Shown here piece by piece: positions 25,300 to 38,689 of a stretch of 64,000 nucleotides of DNA. The stretch comes from Eledone cirrhosa (taxonomy: Eukaryota): positions 396,924,001-396,988,000 of the forward strand of contig OZ024740.1 of assembly GCA_964016885.1 (NCBI GenBank). Reading direction: 5' to 3'. Position numbers and translations under genes: made by a program. Below the pieces are notes generated by a model. It saw only the letters and a list, made by a program, of their open reading frames with translations. It was not told where the DNA came from and did no database searches. Position 1 is the stretch's first letter, and every line of letters starts with the position of its first letter.

Positions 25300-25860
25300 T
25301 TCTTTTTATTGATAGTCTCCTATTAATAATTTATTACTTCAGCTATTCTAGAAAGTTTTTAGTCTGTCTATTTCTCTTCACTTTCCTCTCCATTCTGACA
25401 TCTCTCTCTTTCATTATCATAATATTTTATTTTATTTACAATTTTTTCTCTTAATCCACCTCTTTGTCTCTTGGTCTGTTTCACTCTCTTTACTTTGTCA
25501 CTTATTTTATTTTCTACCCCTCAAAGACTATTTTACTCTCTTACACCCTTTCTTGTTAACTTACTATTTCTCTTTCTCTTGTTCTCTATATATCCATCTA
25601 TTGATATATTTCTACTTCACACTATTTCTACCACCATCTTCCTAACTCTGTTTCATTTGACCACTCTTTCTACTTCTCTCTTAATCTACTTCAAGCTACT
25701 TCTTTCAACATTTCTTTTTCCTGCTTTTTTTTCTAGTCTCTCTATTTCTCTCTTTACAACAATTTCTCCTTCAATATGTATTATTTTTACTTCTGTTTCT
25801 TCTTGTTTCACCATTTTTTCTACTTCTTTATATTCCACTAACATCTCTCTTTTTTGTAAA
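25300..25860. repeat. Pyrimidine-rich low-complexity tract
   Basis: T/C-dominated degenerate (CT/TTC)n. Confidence 0.7.
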
Positions 25861-26451
25861 CAGACATACATACATACATCCATGTACATATTAACATCAT
25901 GTAATGATGTAACAGGAAATATCTAAAAACAACTTTGTTAATTTAAATGTGTAGAACATCATAATATTAGAGAGTAAAGACATTAACTTTTAATGTATTG
26001 TAGTCATGGAGTTCTTTTGTACTTTTTAAAGAATGTCTTGCTAATGCAGTCCCAGACACTACAGGATGTTAAGAATTAAAAGTGTGAGAGATGAAAATAC
26101 CGATAACTATTAATAGTTATATTACATGTGTCATTTATTCTTACATAATACATATATTAGTTACATAACTAATAAGCTCTGTAACCTACATAGAGCACTC
26201 ATTTTTCCTGGACCTTTCCAACGGAATTACTTCATTAATACATATATTATATATAATGTATATAATTACCTATATACAATCACCATACACTCAGTGTGCA
26301 TACACATATATAAAATAAAATGTCACAACTTTGTAGAGGATGGTTGTAAAATGTCACAACTTTGTAGATGGATGCTTTCAGTACATGTCTATCATTTTAA
26401 TTTATTGATTTTGAAGTAGGGATAAGAAAAGATGACCTTAGTAGGATTTAA

Positions 26452-26650
26452 CCCTTTAGCATTTAAACTGGCCATAACCGGCCAGAATTCTCTCACCTCT
26501 TTCTGTTCAAACCTGCTGTAACCGACCACTCATACTGATGTTAAGGTATCATTCACAAAATAATATCAAAATCTCATAGATTCAATATTATGTGAGATAA
26601 AGCCTTTACTGTGAAAATATAATAGTAAATACAGGGTAATGTAAATGGAA
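26452..26650. mobile_element. piggyBac-type MITE, right TIR damaged
   Basis: TTAA|CCCTTTAGCATTTAAAC; body homologous to 5210-5430. Confidence 0.8.
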
Positions 26651-27326
26651 TTAAGAGAGATTAGATTATAAGGTATTTTATTGTAAGGTATCCTATTATT
26701 TCTAAACACAAGACCAATATTTTATGGGAGAGTTTAAACACTATTCAACTGGTTTTAATTTCACTTAGAAAAGTAAAATTAAAAAACATACAATTGTTTC
26801 ATGAAAAAGAAAAAAAAAATTCATTATATAAACTTTTACATGTTATTTATAAAAGATACACAATAGGGGTAGTGTTGATCAACTTAATTTTACATGCTAT
26901 CTCTTACATAGTTCATTGTAGTGTATAGCCAGATATCTAAGTGGCCAAAACTGGGACAAATTAAAGATGTTTTGTGATTGAAAATTATACCACAAATATA
27001 ACACAAACATCACACTTGTCATATCCATGGATAAAACTTTCTGACATAAGTGTAAATGCACTCAACAATTCCAAACAATACATTTGCCAGAGAATGTATC
27101 AAAGCAAATAACTGCAGTGAATAACAGTTTGAATATGGTTACAAAAATGTTGAAGTTGAATACACTAATTGATATGCATTGAGCTTTGTGAGAACACAAA
27201 GAAGACAATGTAATGGCAGACTAAAGCTATGGTTATTAGTTAGCAACACAATTTCTGATGGGAAATTTACAAATCAACCAAAACTGTGTTTGTATTAAAC
27301 ATATATGCTATATTCAATAAAACATG

Positions 27327-29966
27327 ATTACTTGATGCTTTTGATAGTAAGGAAGAGCATATTACTTGATGCTTTTGATAGTAAGGAAGAGCAATTAGAG
27401 TCGTACAATAGAGAGGAACAGTGGGAATTCCTGAAAGCCAACCTGCTGAAGGCGAGAGATGAAATCTGTGGCAGGAGCAGACCTATAGGCAGGAGGAGAG
27501 TAACATGGTGGTGGAACAGTAAGGTGGAGGAGTCAATTAAGGCCAAAAAGCAGGCTTGGAAAGTATGGCGGGATGGGGGAAGTAGAGAAGACTATCAAGT
27601 GGCCAGGAGGGAAGCTAGGAGACAAGTGTACTTCGCAAGAAGGGAAGCAGAGGAAAGAAAGTTCAAGCATGTTCTACAACGCGAGGACCAAAAACGCGAG
27701 GTGTTCAGGATTGCTAGGCAATGTGTCAAGGAAAACCGTGATATTGTCGGGGAGAAGTGTGTCCTTAATGATGATGGTGTACTTGCCATCACTGACACTG
27801 ATAAGAAGGTAGCTTGGAAGTGTCACTACGAAAGGCTACTAAATGAGGAAAATAAATGGGAGAAAGACAGTCTCTCCCACATCGATCCAATAGAGGGACC
27901 AGCAGTGCAAGTTGAAGGTAGTATAATAAGTAAGGTGATCAAAGATATGAAGACAGACAAGGCGACTGGGCCTTCGGAAATAGTTGCTGAAATGCTGAAA
28001 GCATCTGGAACGGTGGGACACACTATGGTCACCCGGATAGTAAACCAAGTCATACAGAATGGAGTCGTTCCGAAGGACTGACGTAGCAACATCATCATTA
28101 ACTGCTACAAGGGTAAAGGAGATGCCCTAGATAGGGGAAACTGTAGAGGCATTAAATTAATTGACCAGGTCATGAAGGTCACAGAAAAAGTAATAGCGCA
28201 ACTAATCAGAGAGCGAATTGATCTAGATGAAATGCAGTTCAGGTTTGTGTCAGGTAAAAGTACAACAGACGCTCTTTTCATTGTACGACAACTACAGGAG
28301 AAGTACCTAGCTAAAAGTAAACCCCTATACTTAGCTTTTGTTGACTTGGAGAAAGCCTTTGACAGAGTACCCCGCTCCATTATCTGGTGGGCTCTTAGAA
28401 AACTAGGTGTTGATGAATGGCTTGTGAGAGCTATACAAGCCATGTATAAAGAAACAGTCAGCAAGGTTAGAATTAACAGCAAATATAGTGAAGAGTTTAG
28501 CGTAAAAGTTGGTGTTCATCAGGGCTCCGTCCTTAGCCCCCTACTATTTATTATTGCCCTTCAGGCTATAACAGAGGAGTTCAAGACCGGCTGCCCATGG
28601 GAACTCCTATACGCAGATGATCTAACGCTCATAGCTGAATCAATGGCTGAACTAGAGAAGCAATTCCAAACATGGAAGCATGGCCTAGAATCAAAAGGCC
28701 TTAAAATTAACCTGTCTAAGACTAAAGTTCTAGTTTGTAGGAAGGAAAATAGGGCACTGGTCCCATCTGGGAAATGGCCATGCTCAGTGTGTAGGAAAGG
28801 AGTAGGCAGAAACTCCATTTTATGTCCCAAATGCAAAGTATGGGTGCATAAAAGATGTAGTGAGATCACAGGTAAGCTAACTAAGAATATAGATTTTATA
28901 TGTGGCCAGTGCTCAGGTGCAATAAGTAGCAGCAAGTGCCCACAGAATACTAGCTCATTCCATTGCATAGATAGTTCTATAGAAATAGTGGACACCTTCC
29001 GTTACCTGGGTGACAAAATCAGCAGTGGTGGAGGGTGCACTGAAAGTACAGTAGCTAGAGTCAGAACGGGATGGAAAAAGTTCAGAGAGCTTATACCACT
29101 ATTAGCCGCTAAAGGGTTCTCCCTAAAAATGAAAGGCAGGCTGTATGATACCTGCATACGAACAGCAATGTTACATGGCAGTGAGACTTTGGAATTGTGT
29201 GCAGAGGATATACGCAGACTGGAGAGGAATGAAGCTTGCATTCTCTGCTGGATGTGTAATAGTAATATACGTGAACGGCAAAGCATAAACGAACTAAGGG
29301 AGAAATTAGGAATAAGAGGAATCAGATGTTGTTTACTCGAGAGAAGACTACGTTGGTACGGTCACGTGATGCGCATGAAAGACGACAGCTGTATAAAAAA
29401 GTGCAGGGTGATAAAAATAGACGGTAGCCACAGAGTAGGCAGACCCAGAAAAACCTGGGACGACTTGATAAATTCCGACCTCACACACTTACATCTCTCC
29501 AAGACAATGTCACTGGACCGAGATCTTTGGCGCTACGCAGTAATACAGAAGACCCGCCTTGCCTAAGTACAAAGCGAAACCTAGTCAGTAGGCACCTCTT
29601 AACAAAAAAACAAAAAAAAAAAAAATACACACCCATCCCACTACCCCCACCCCATCCACACCACCCTTTTCGATGTAAAGTTATGTTGATACCACAACAT
29701 CCAGTCCGAAATAAATGAGGTCGTGTAGGTGTGACGACAAAAAAACACACAGTCCACGCTGTAATGTGGCCGTGTAGGTAACACGGTAAAACCTCCCAGT
29801 CCACACTGTAAACGTGGTTGGTGTTAGGAAGGGCATCCAGCCGTAGAAAACCCGCCAGACAGTCCTATACAAGCAAGACAACCAATCTTGCCTCAAGTGG
29901 GAAAATTCCCGTCCAAACCCATGCAAGCGTGGAAGATGGACGTTAAACGATGATGATCATGATGAT
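27327..29966 (+). mobile_element. RTE-clade LINE, 5'-truncated, about 2.6 kb
   Basis: One continuous frame 27305-29566 with a single TGA at 28079 (KDW->KD*). RT motifs FVDLEKAFDRV, GVHQGSVLSP, LLYADDL, FRYLG; GRPRKTW; (GAT)n tail. Confidence 0.95.
28172..29566 (+). pseudogene. RTE reverse transcriptase with embedded PHD-like zinc finger
   Basis: YADD catalytic motif; CSVC..CPKC..WVHKRC..CGQC before FRYLG. Confidence 0.9.
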
Positions 29967-30145
29967 GGGATTTGGTTGATAACGACAAAAGATAACATTT
30001 TTTGCTCACACATACATTTGTCTAAAGAAAAAATGGCACAAAATATAATTTTAAGAATAAATGTAAAGAAACAAGATAGGTCTAAGAAAAGAATTAAAAA
30101 AATCCTGAAAGCGATGAGTAAACAGAACCTGAATGTTAAATAGTT

Positions 30146-30390
30146 CATCATCATCATTATTTAATGTCAATTTTCCATGCTAGCATGGGTTAGATAGGTC
30201 AGGCAACCATGTCTTGCTCATACAGAACTGTTTCTGGCTTGGTTTCTATGGCTGGATACCCTTCCTAATGCCAATCACATTTACAGTATATGCTGGGTGC
30301 TTTTTGTCGTGACTACTACACAACCACTTTACAGTGTGGACTGGGAGCTTTTTGTCATGACACCTACATCAACACTTTACAGAGTTCACT
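30146..30390 (-). mobile_element. RTE-tail/SINE 3' fragment
   Basis: (CAT)n, ccatgctagcatggg, ggatacccttcctaatgcc, ~46-bp internal repeats. Confidence 0.7.
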
Positions 30391-32026
30391 GCAATGAAAA
30401 TTTATATTCTAGAATATGAAAGGGAATTATTCAAAGAAAAATCCTATTAAGTCCCAAATCAAAATCCAGTTTAAATCTTAATTAGAACAAGTTTTGGAAA
30501 TCACTGTTTAAACAAGGCATTCTTCCTACAACACCATACTGGTACTCATGTGTTGTAAGCTATTGGAGTGAATTCTGAGAGCCTTCTCTCATAAAAACCC
30601 AACAGTGATGCTGACATGAAAAACATTAGTTCTAAGATATGTAGATTACAACTCAACTTCCCCAATACTTCTAAACAAATATATTTACTAGAAAGGCTAC
30701 AACAATTAGAAGTACAGCTTCTAATTAAAAAACTGTAGTTATATTTACATTAAATTTATCTTTATCATCATCATTATCATTCACTTTTCCATGCTTGCAC
30801 AGGCTGGATGAATATTTTCAAAGACAGCCTTTCCTCACTTGATTACATTCCTTCATCATCTCGTTTGTGAGGTTAAGCTCTCATCTCTTCTGCTCAGTTT
30901 TCCTTGGTCTTCCTCTTCTGCAGCTTCCATCCACTGGGAATTCTTAGCACTTCTCTCTTGCACACTGAATCTGATTCTCTTATGTTTAGTTTTTCTTTCA
31001 GCTCATCCATGTTTTGTCATTCATACACACAGAATTAGATGTGTGCAAATTTTTAGGTGTTAGAACATAAGATTTTTACAATTTTTTCATTAAAGAATTT
31101 GTGGTATTTATGGTTAGGAGGAGAATGTATATATAAATTTCTGCAATTCTGTCACAACACATAAAGAGAGAGGAGTAGTTTGACTACCTTATACTACTCC
31201 TCTTTCTTTACATCTGCTGCCTGTGTGAATGTATGCGTGTGTAAAACGAAGGAAGGGGTTGGTGAAAAAACTATAGCAAAATAGCAGCTGACATTCCATT
31301 TGTTATGTTGTGTATATGTGTATGTGTGAATATATGTGTGTGTGTGTGTTTGTGTGAATGTATGTCTCAGTGTGTATTTTTGTAAGTATGTCTGTGTTTG
31401 CACATTTATATTTATATACTCATATATATAAATGTATGCATATGCACATGCACATATGCACACACACACACACGTATGCGTCAGCATGTTGAAAAAAATC
31501 CTAGTGTTTATATAATAGTTAAAATAATTCTTTTTATTTTATGGGGTGGTAATTAGTAAATAGAAAGACAAATTAAACCAAATCACATTTCATCTAGTTC
31601 TATGCCCATTTATACCATTCCTTTTAAAGGTTTCATGATATGGTGAACTCTCATGACAAACACCTTCACTAGAAGATAATGAAAAACATCTTACAAGATT
31701 CTTTAACATATCATGGTAATGTATTAAGAGTTATATCTTTATTAGTTTTTTTTGTATAAACTAAAGTTATCTCCATTTAAAAAAGCTAAATATTTTTAAG
31801 CACTGTCTAACAGTTATTTTATATCCTCAATTCGTTAAAAGGTTATGTAAACCATAATATAAATGGTCATTAGATTGTAGTAGAAAGATTTTGTAGTAGA
31901 AAGGATCCATTATCTCTATAAAACCACTATTAATAAATGGAAACTTTTAGGACATCCTACACTCACACATACATACATACATACATATATATACACACAC
32001 GCATATATATATATATATATATATAT

Positions 32027-33125
32027 AAGTAGTTCCACAACAGTTAATTCACCATTGCTCTCGGAAATGGTGAATTAACTTTTGTGGAACTACTTCTACC
32101 AAACTCGTTCCATGGACTTAGTGCTCTACTACTATGCATATGAAGCGAAGCAGTGTTAGTAGTTATTGTTAAGTGAAAATAACACAAAATAGATGGTTTA
32201 CTTTTATAACACAATACTGGTGTGTATGAATATAACAAGACACTAGGTTGTGTATATAACGTTTAATTAACAAGTTGCAGTTATGTAGAACAGTATAGTT
32301 GACATGTCAATGAGTAGTAGTAGATGAAAGAATGAAGTAAAGTTATTTGTTACCATTTTGAAGTTAGCTCGCAAGAGGCCATGTTAGGGTTGCCAGACGA
32401 ACGCGCCTGGCCGAAGGGTCAGGCAGGTTAGAAGGCCAGGAGCCGAAAGGCAAATGAGAGAGTGAGATCGCTCTGAGTATCCCTTTTATAGGGTCTTAAG
32501 ATGGAAGTGACAAAAAGGGTTCTGCCACCCCAACGGGAAGTAACTCTAGCTACTTCCTGTCTAGAGAGCGTTAATCTATTGGTGATGTGAGTGTCACAAC
32601 AAGGGAGGCAACTCTTGCTACACTTTTGATATCAAATTTACTTCACTTAATAAATGAACAACGAATTGGTTACTACAAATTATAACGGTTAAAGATGTTT
32701 TTAGTTATTACTTTGTTATGCTGGTTTAGTCTGTGGCCAGAGAAGATAAGAAGTCTGTAGACTAGGGGAGAGAGAGCGAAAGGTCTGTAGCAGTCTGTAG
32801 GCCTCTGTAGAGAGAGAGTAAGGGTCTGTAGCAGTCTGTAGACCCCTGTATAGCCCAAGGGGCCTGTAGTTAGAGGTGAATATTTTACATTACTATTTTC
32901 TCGTGTACTGCTCCGATCTGTCTTGTTTTGCTTGGACTGATACAGGCTATTTATATGTGTCGCTTCCTGTTTTCTGCCTCGAGGGATCATCGCCCACGCA
33001 TAAACTTGTTTACCTCAAAAAGGAGGTGACCCAGAATCTGACCTTTCTTAGTCACCCAAGGTTCAAGGTGTGGACAAGATGTGGACAGATTTTGCTACAG
33101 ATATAATCCACCAGTGTTCTACTTA
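32027..33125. mobile_element. Unclassified 1.1-kb non-coding insertion in (TA)n with terminal hairpin
   Basis: (TA)n both sides, ends taagtag/ctactta, hairpin 32028-32095, internal TCTGTAG repeats, higher GC than flanks. Confidence 0.55.
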
Positions 33126-33354
33126 TATATATATATATATAATCTAACTTGGTCACTTATTTTAAATTAATCCTTTGGACTCACACTCACACTGAAATGT
33201 TCCATACATAATATTTCTTAACACAAAAATTGTTGTCATAAATTATTAAAGACTAATTTGTAGATAAGTATCAATAGAAAAAGATTTGATATGTGTACTA
33301 AATTTAGAATAGTTGACTGCATCTGATAATAATTGTTTATTAATGGACATATAA

Positions 33355-33557
33355 TAATGGTTTCGTATATAGGCACAAGGCCAGTAATTTTTTTGGGAGG
33401 AGAAAGTTGATTAAATCGACCCCAGTGTGAGACTGGTACTTTATTTTATCAGCCCCGTGAGGATGAAAGGCAAAGTTAACCTCAGCGGGACTTGAACTCA
33501 GATCTATGTTGCAAAGCATAGTGTCTAACCCTCTACCGATACTGCCAATCCACTCCC
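33355..33557 (-). mobile_element. SINE family B inserted at the tail of an older family B copy (33575-33750)
   Basis: Duplication taatggacatataataat at 33341 and 33558. Confidence 0.8.
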
Positions 33558-34851
33558 TAATGGACATATAATAATGGTTTCTAATTTAGGAACAGGGATA
33601 AAAATTTAGGAGAAGGGTAAGTTGATTAAATTGACTCTAGCAGTTTATTGGTACTTTATTTTATTGACCACCCCAGAAGGATGAAAGGCAAAGTTGATCT
33701 CAGTAGCCTTTTATCCAACATTTTACCAATTCTGCCCATCCACTACTCTCTAATATACATTCTTTCAGCTTTATTCCATTTAGTGAAGCAGGGTAAATTT
33801 TTTAGTAGGTATTTGAAATAGAGTAAGCAAGAAGATGATTGTAAATGTTTCTCAGAATTTTCTTGTATGTTTTAATCTTGACTTTGTTCAAAATGTTTTT
33901 TGAAAACTGTTGGTTTTATTCTTGAATCTAATTTTTTTCATCATTAAAAAATCATCTCAACCTAAAATTGGTGCAATGAAATGTTAGGAGGAGGTCATTT
34001 TGGTGTTTTCAAATGGTATTTATTTTGCTGTTACTTTATCTAAAGATGTTTTTCATAAAAGCATGTTCTCCATCTAAACTATTTATCAACATTTTCCATC
34101 TTCTGGACCAAAAAAATCCAAGTAGAATTTCATAGGCATGTTTTGAAGCAAAATTGATAGGTTGAGGTTGCACTTGGTGGTTTCACTACAGTGTGTATGC
34201 AAGTGCACACATGTGAGTGAACGCATGTGTGATAGATAAAAACTTCAAGCATCTACTTTTACCTTGGTTATTTGTAAGTACAAGTTTTAGAGCAAGCCAT
34301 TAGAAACTCGATTTTGCCATTACACTTCTTTGTCATACCACTTCTTAAGTGAGTAAAGCAACACTCCAATCTTGATTCAGCTTATCCTATTTCTACAAAA
34401 ACTGATTCTTAAGTGTTTAATGACTGCACTTAAATGAAATTAATTAAAATAGAGATTAGTATTAAACTTTATAAGGTAACTGAAAGCTACAATATATAAA
34501 AGTGAAGGCTACTACTATTATTAGTTATGACTACACTGTGATTCTAATCAAGCTGGTTATAGAGAGAGAACTTTATGGTAAGAGAAAAAAGCATTACAAG
34601 CATACATTAGCAGGGCTTACTGTTCACCACACACTGAATATGCTGAGAAAAGAACCTTAACATAATCTCCTTCAAATTACACTCTACTATCTTTTATTTA
34701 CTTATTTTGTATCTAAATTTATGAACAATTAACATTGTTAGTTACAGATTTCCAATGAACCAATCACTGGTTCAATGCATTACTGAGACAAATGCCATTG
34801 CATTTTTGGTTTCTCTCTGATAGTTATAATAGATCAATGATATATATATAT

Positions 34852-35620
34852 CATCCAGCCATCCAGCCATCTATTTAAAACTGTATACAGCTATGGTACG
34901 ACCACACTTGGAATTCGCATCATCAGTCTGGAACCCCTATCTTGCTCGGAACATTGACCTCCTGGAAACTGTTCAGAGACGTGCAACCAAGCGTATACCC
35001 TCCATCAGACACCTACCATACTCTGAACGCCTTGCTTCTCTGGGCATGGATTCATTGAAGCTCCGACGTCTGGCAATGGACTTGGTGAATACCCACAAAG
35101 TTTTTAACCATCTCGCCAATTGCAACCCTGAGCGCCTCTCCATGTGTCTAACACACGTGGACCTGCCTACAAGATCAGAAAACAGCACAGCTCCCATGAC
35201 TTTCGTAGACATTTTTTCACGCTCAGAGTTGCTGAAGCATGGAACAAACTGCCTGCGTCAGTTGTTAGCTGCCGAGACACTGCATCCTTTAAGACACTCA
35301 TGCTTTCCGAAATACGCCAAAACTACACCTGATGTACCCCTTCCATACACATGCACACGTGTGTATCATGACTCGTGCACTGTTCATTTTACTGATGTTT
35401 GTGCATTGCCCTATGTACTGTACATGCACTTTTTTGATGAGTTGTGGTGCACCTGGGCACTGTACACAATATTTCATTATTGTTATTATTATTATTATAT
35501 CATGACTCGTACACTGTTCATTTTCCTGACATTTGTACATTATTCTATGTACTATACATGCACCTTTGATGAGTTGTAGTGCACCTGAGCACTGTACACA
35601 ATAATTTCATTATTATTATT
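34852..35620 (+). mobile_element. CR1-group LINE 3' fragment with duplicated 3' UTR
   Basis: LYTAMVRPHLEFASSVWNPY..VQRRATK, FFTLRVAEAWNKLP; (ATT)n tails ending at 35497 and 35620. Confidence 0.9.
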
Positions 35621-36869
35621 ATATATATATATACGCATACATACATGTGTATGTGTAAATAAACAGGCTTTCATATAATTACCATCTACCAAATTCTACC
35701 TATCAGTTATTGGTCAGCCTAAGGCTATAACAAAAGTGATTTGCTCTAGGTGCCACACAGTGTGACTAAACCCAGGACCATGTGATTGTGAAGAGAACCT
35801 TTTAATCACACAAAGACAATACAGTCCTAAAAGGACAGGATGATCATGACTGGAATGTCTTTGATCAGGGCTGACCTTGGATCAATAGAAACAAATGTAA
35901 TAGGTACCTGTAACAGTACTTAAGAACAGATCAATAAGAAAACACCAATGTTTCATTTTTTTTACTGGTTTCAGTCGTCGGATTTTGACCTTGTTGAGGA
36001 ATTACATTAAATGGTTTATATCAATCTCTGTACTTTGTCAATTACTTATTTTTTTTTTATCTTGAGGATGGACAATAGGTCAAGTGGTTTGAGTACAAAG
36101 GGAGGTAAGCAAAACATCTCAAAATAACTTGTCATTTACCACACCAATTTTTATCATCTTACATGATAATCACAGCTATATTCATCTTAGTGCTTTTGCA
36201 GTTTCCATCTAACCATATCTCTCTCACAAAGCTTTGATTAAATGAAGGCTAGGGTAAACAACACCTAATGTGCTATACAATGAGATTTAACCCAGGAGAC
36301 ACATGATTACAAAGCAAACTTCTCAACCATACTAATCTGAATGCATTTCTACCATATATTTTGCAGACAATGCATATGATGAATTTAACATAATTAACAT
36401 TGTGCTTGTGGCAGCTTTATTTAAAAATTAAAGTAATTATAACAATATAACGAAGTATTACAAGTGACAACCATGAATGAAAAATGGAATAATTATATTT
36501 CTTATACATAGTGAGTAAAGCAAATTTCAAGCTTGATTCAGTTTATCCCATTTCTACAAAAACTGTTTCCCATATATTAAGCTTATTAAGATGTTATAGT
36601 AATACATTTAAAAAATTAGGAAAATAAACTAAACAACAAGATGTAATACTGAGAAACAAGATACACAGTAACCTAACAGAAAACAACCCAACAATTGTAA
36701 ATAACTTTTTGACTCTAATGGAATGCTGTCAATTTGTTAAATTTAAAAAAAAAAAAAAAAAAAATCACAATGATAAAATTACAAACCTTTGAAACCTTTC
36801 AGCCAATACATTAAAAGGGATTATGCCAATCTTTATAATGCTAGTAATTACAAACGACATTCAGCCGTT

Positions 36870-37570
36870 AGTTTTAGTTTGAAGCTCAAAATTACCAAAT
36901 TATATAATGAGATACTGTTAATTTTAATGAAGCACAGCTTAGATTTGAAAATTCAGTCCTTGGCTCACATTTTCAACAAATTCTTGGCCCCAGGTGTTTT
37001 TTCAACAAAAATAAAATATGCAAATATTATTCCTATATTTAAATGTTAAAATGACTGTAACTTATACTAGTGTCTAATGAGCAAATTCCCAACATTTATA
37101 AAATACTAAATAAACATAAGTTTACAATATATATAAATAATATGTATACATCTACATATTTAGATAAAATCCCTTTGCAGATGATACAACTACAGTCCTC
37201 AGTGAAAGTAATGTTAAAACACATTTTGAACATATTAAACTGTCTTCATTCAAAGAAACTAGTCTTAAACACTCATAAAAAAGCAATAATGCTTTCTTGG
37301 CTAAAGTAGTGGTATATTGATATTACTACTCACACACTAAATATAATTTAGTTAGAATAACAGAAAGGTAATACTACTTCTCCTCCTAGGTGTGCAAACA
37401 GATGATAACATTAAGAGGATTCAATATATTAATCTAATCAACATAAAAATCTCAAAAGATATATTGGCTATGAAAAGATGTAAATAATTCCTACCTATAA
37501 ATGTACTAATCTCTGTATTTTTTCTATTGTATAGTCACACAGTTTCTACTATTTTAGTTTGGAGACATAT
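36870..37570 (+). mobile_element. Highly decayed CR1/L2/Jockey-type RT remnant
   Basis: LAHIFNKFLAPGVFSTKIKYANIIPIFK, FADDTT, LLGVQTDDNI in shifting frames. Confidence 0.55.
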
Positions 37571-38689
37571 GTGTCATATTTTAAATTTTCTTGTCTTTTT
37601 AAATTTCACTTTATTCTATATTTTATGCTTCTCTTCTAAAAAGCAATGTCTTGGAAAGCAGTTTAAACTAAAAATGTTACATTTTTATTGTCTGCTTCTC
37701 TTTCTGTTTGAATATAAGTTTACAATTATATTTCTAACATCAATATATTTTATATTATCAGATCTCCTGCCAAGAATGACACCCATATCCCTGATGTTAT
37801 ACAGTACTATAAGAGGTTTTCATAAAGGATGACCATGATATGGTTGTTTATATTTGATTGATAGATAGATAGATGGATGGCTATATAGATTGATAAGTAG
37901 ACTCATATATGCTTTAAAATATCCACCTACTTATCCACCCAATGAGCAAGAGTATTAGGCACAAGGTGTAATTAGATCTCGCACATTCAGATTAGTAGCA
38001 TAGAACTGGGTATTAATCAAGAAATATGAGTTGCTGTTTAGGACCAAGTTAGCTCTGACTGACCAGACATATGGTCAAAGGCATTCAAGCTATAGCCATC
38101 CTGTCTTTTTTGTTTTTCAACAATTGTCCTACCCTTGCAAGCAGGGAAAAGCAGACATAAAATAATGAGGATGATGATGATGTACATCATACAACATTAT
38201 TGTAGTGTGTAGTTTCAGGAAGATTTGGCTGTTAATTCTAGCAGGTAAGCTGGAGGTTCTCTTGCTGGTTAAAAAAAAAATGAGTTTCAGGGAAATCTAG
38301 CTTTCTAATTTATATTTTTCTATATATTCTGTTTGCTTACAGCACAAGCCAAGTTAATGTTTACAAATTAATTCCTCAGACAACTCTTGCTTATTGATGA
38401 ATTATTTGTATTAATATGGCAGCTTTAGTACTTAACTATTTTATATCTGTAAAACCTGTTGCAGCTGTCTATCATTGATTAAACTGAAGTCATTACATTC
38501 AAGTAAACACATCTTAACAGCTACAGTTTGCATCAACGAATTAGTTTTCACAGTGAAATTTGCTAGCAATAACATCATCATCATTATTAGTGTCATTTTA
38601 ACGTCCGCTTTCCCTGCTAGCAAGGGTTGGATGGGTTTACAGTGACCAAGTCAGTACTGAAGTTGAGCCACTGATCTTTCGTCACACCA

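Noticed and set aside
25471-25926. Hydrophobic 151-aa ORF
   Set aside because: Product of a pyrimidine-rich low-complexity tract.
26316-26374. 31-bp tandem duplication
   Set aside because: Ordinary local slippage.
32388-32452. CAGACGA...GAAA as a hammerhead
   Set aside because: Core mismatch, no UH site or stem I.
34852-34871. CATCCAGCCATCCAGCCATC at the CR1 5' end (and CATCCAGC in SINE tails) as seed of the satellite
   Set aside because: Only the 8-mer matches, it is 10 kb away, and a junction slippage duplication explains it.
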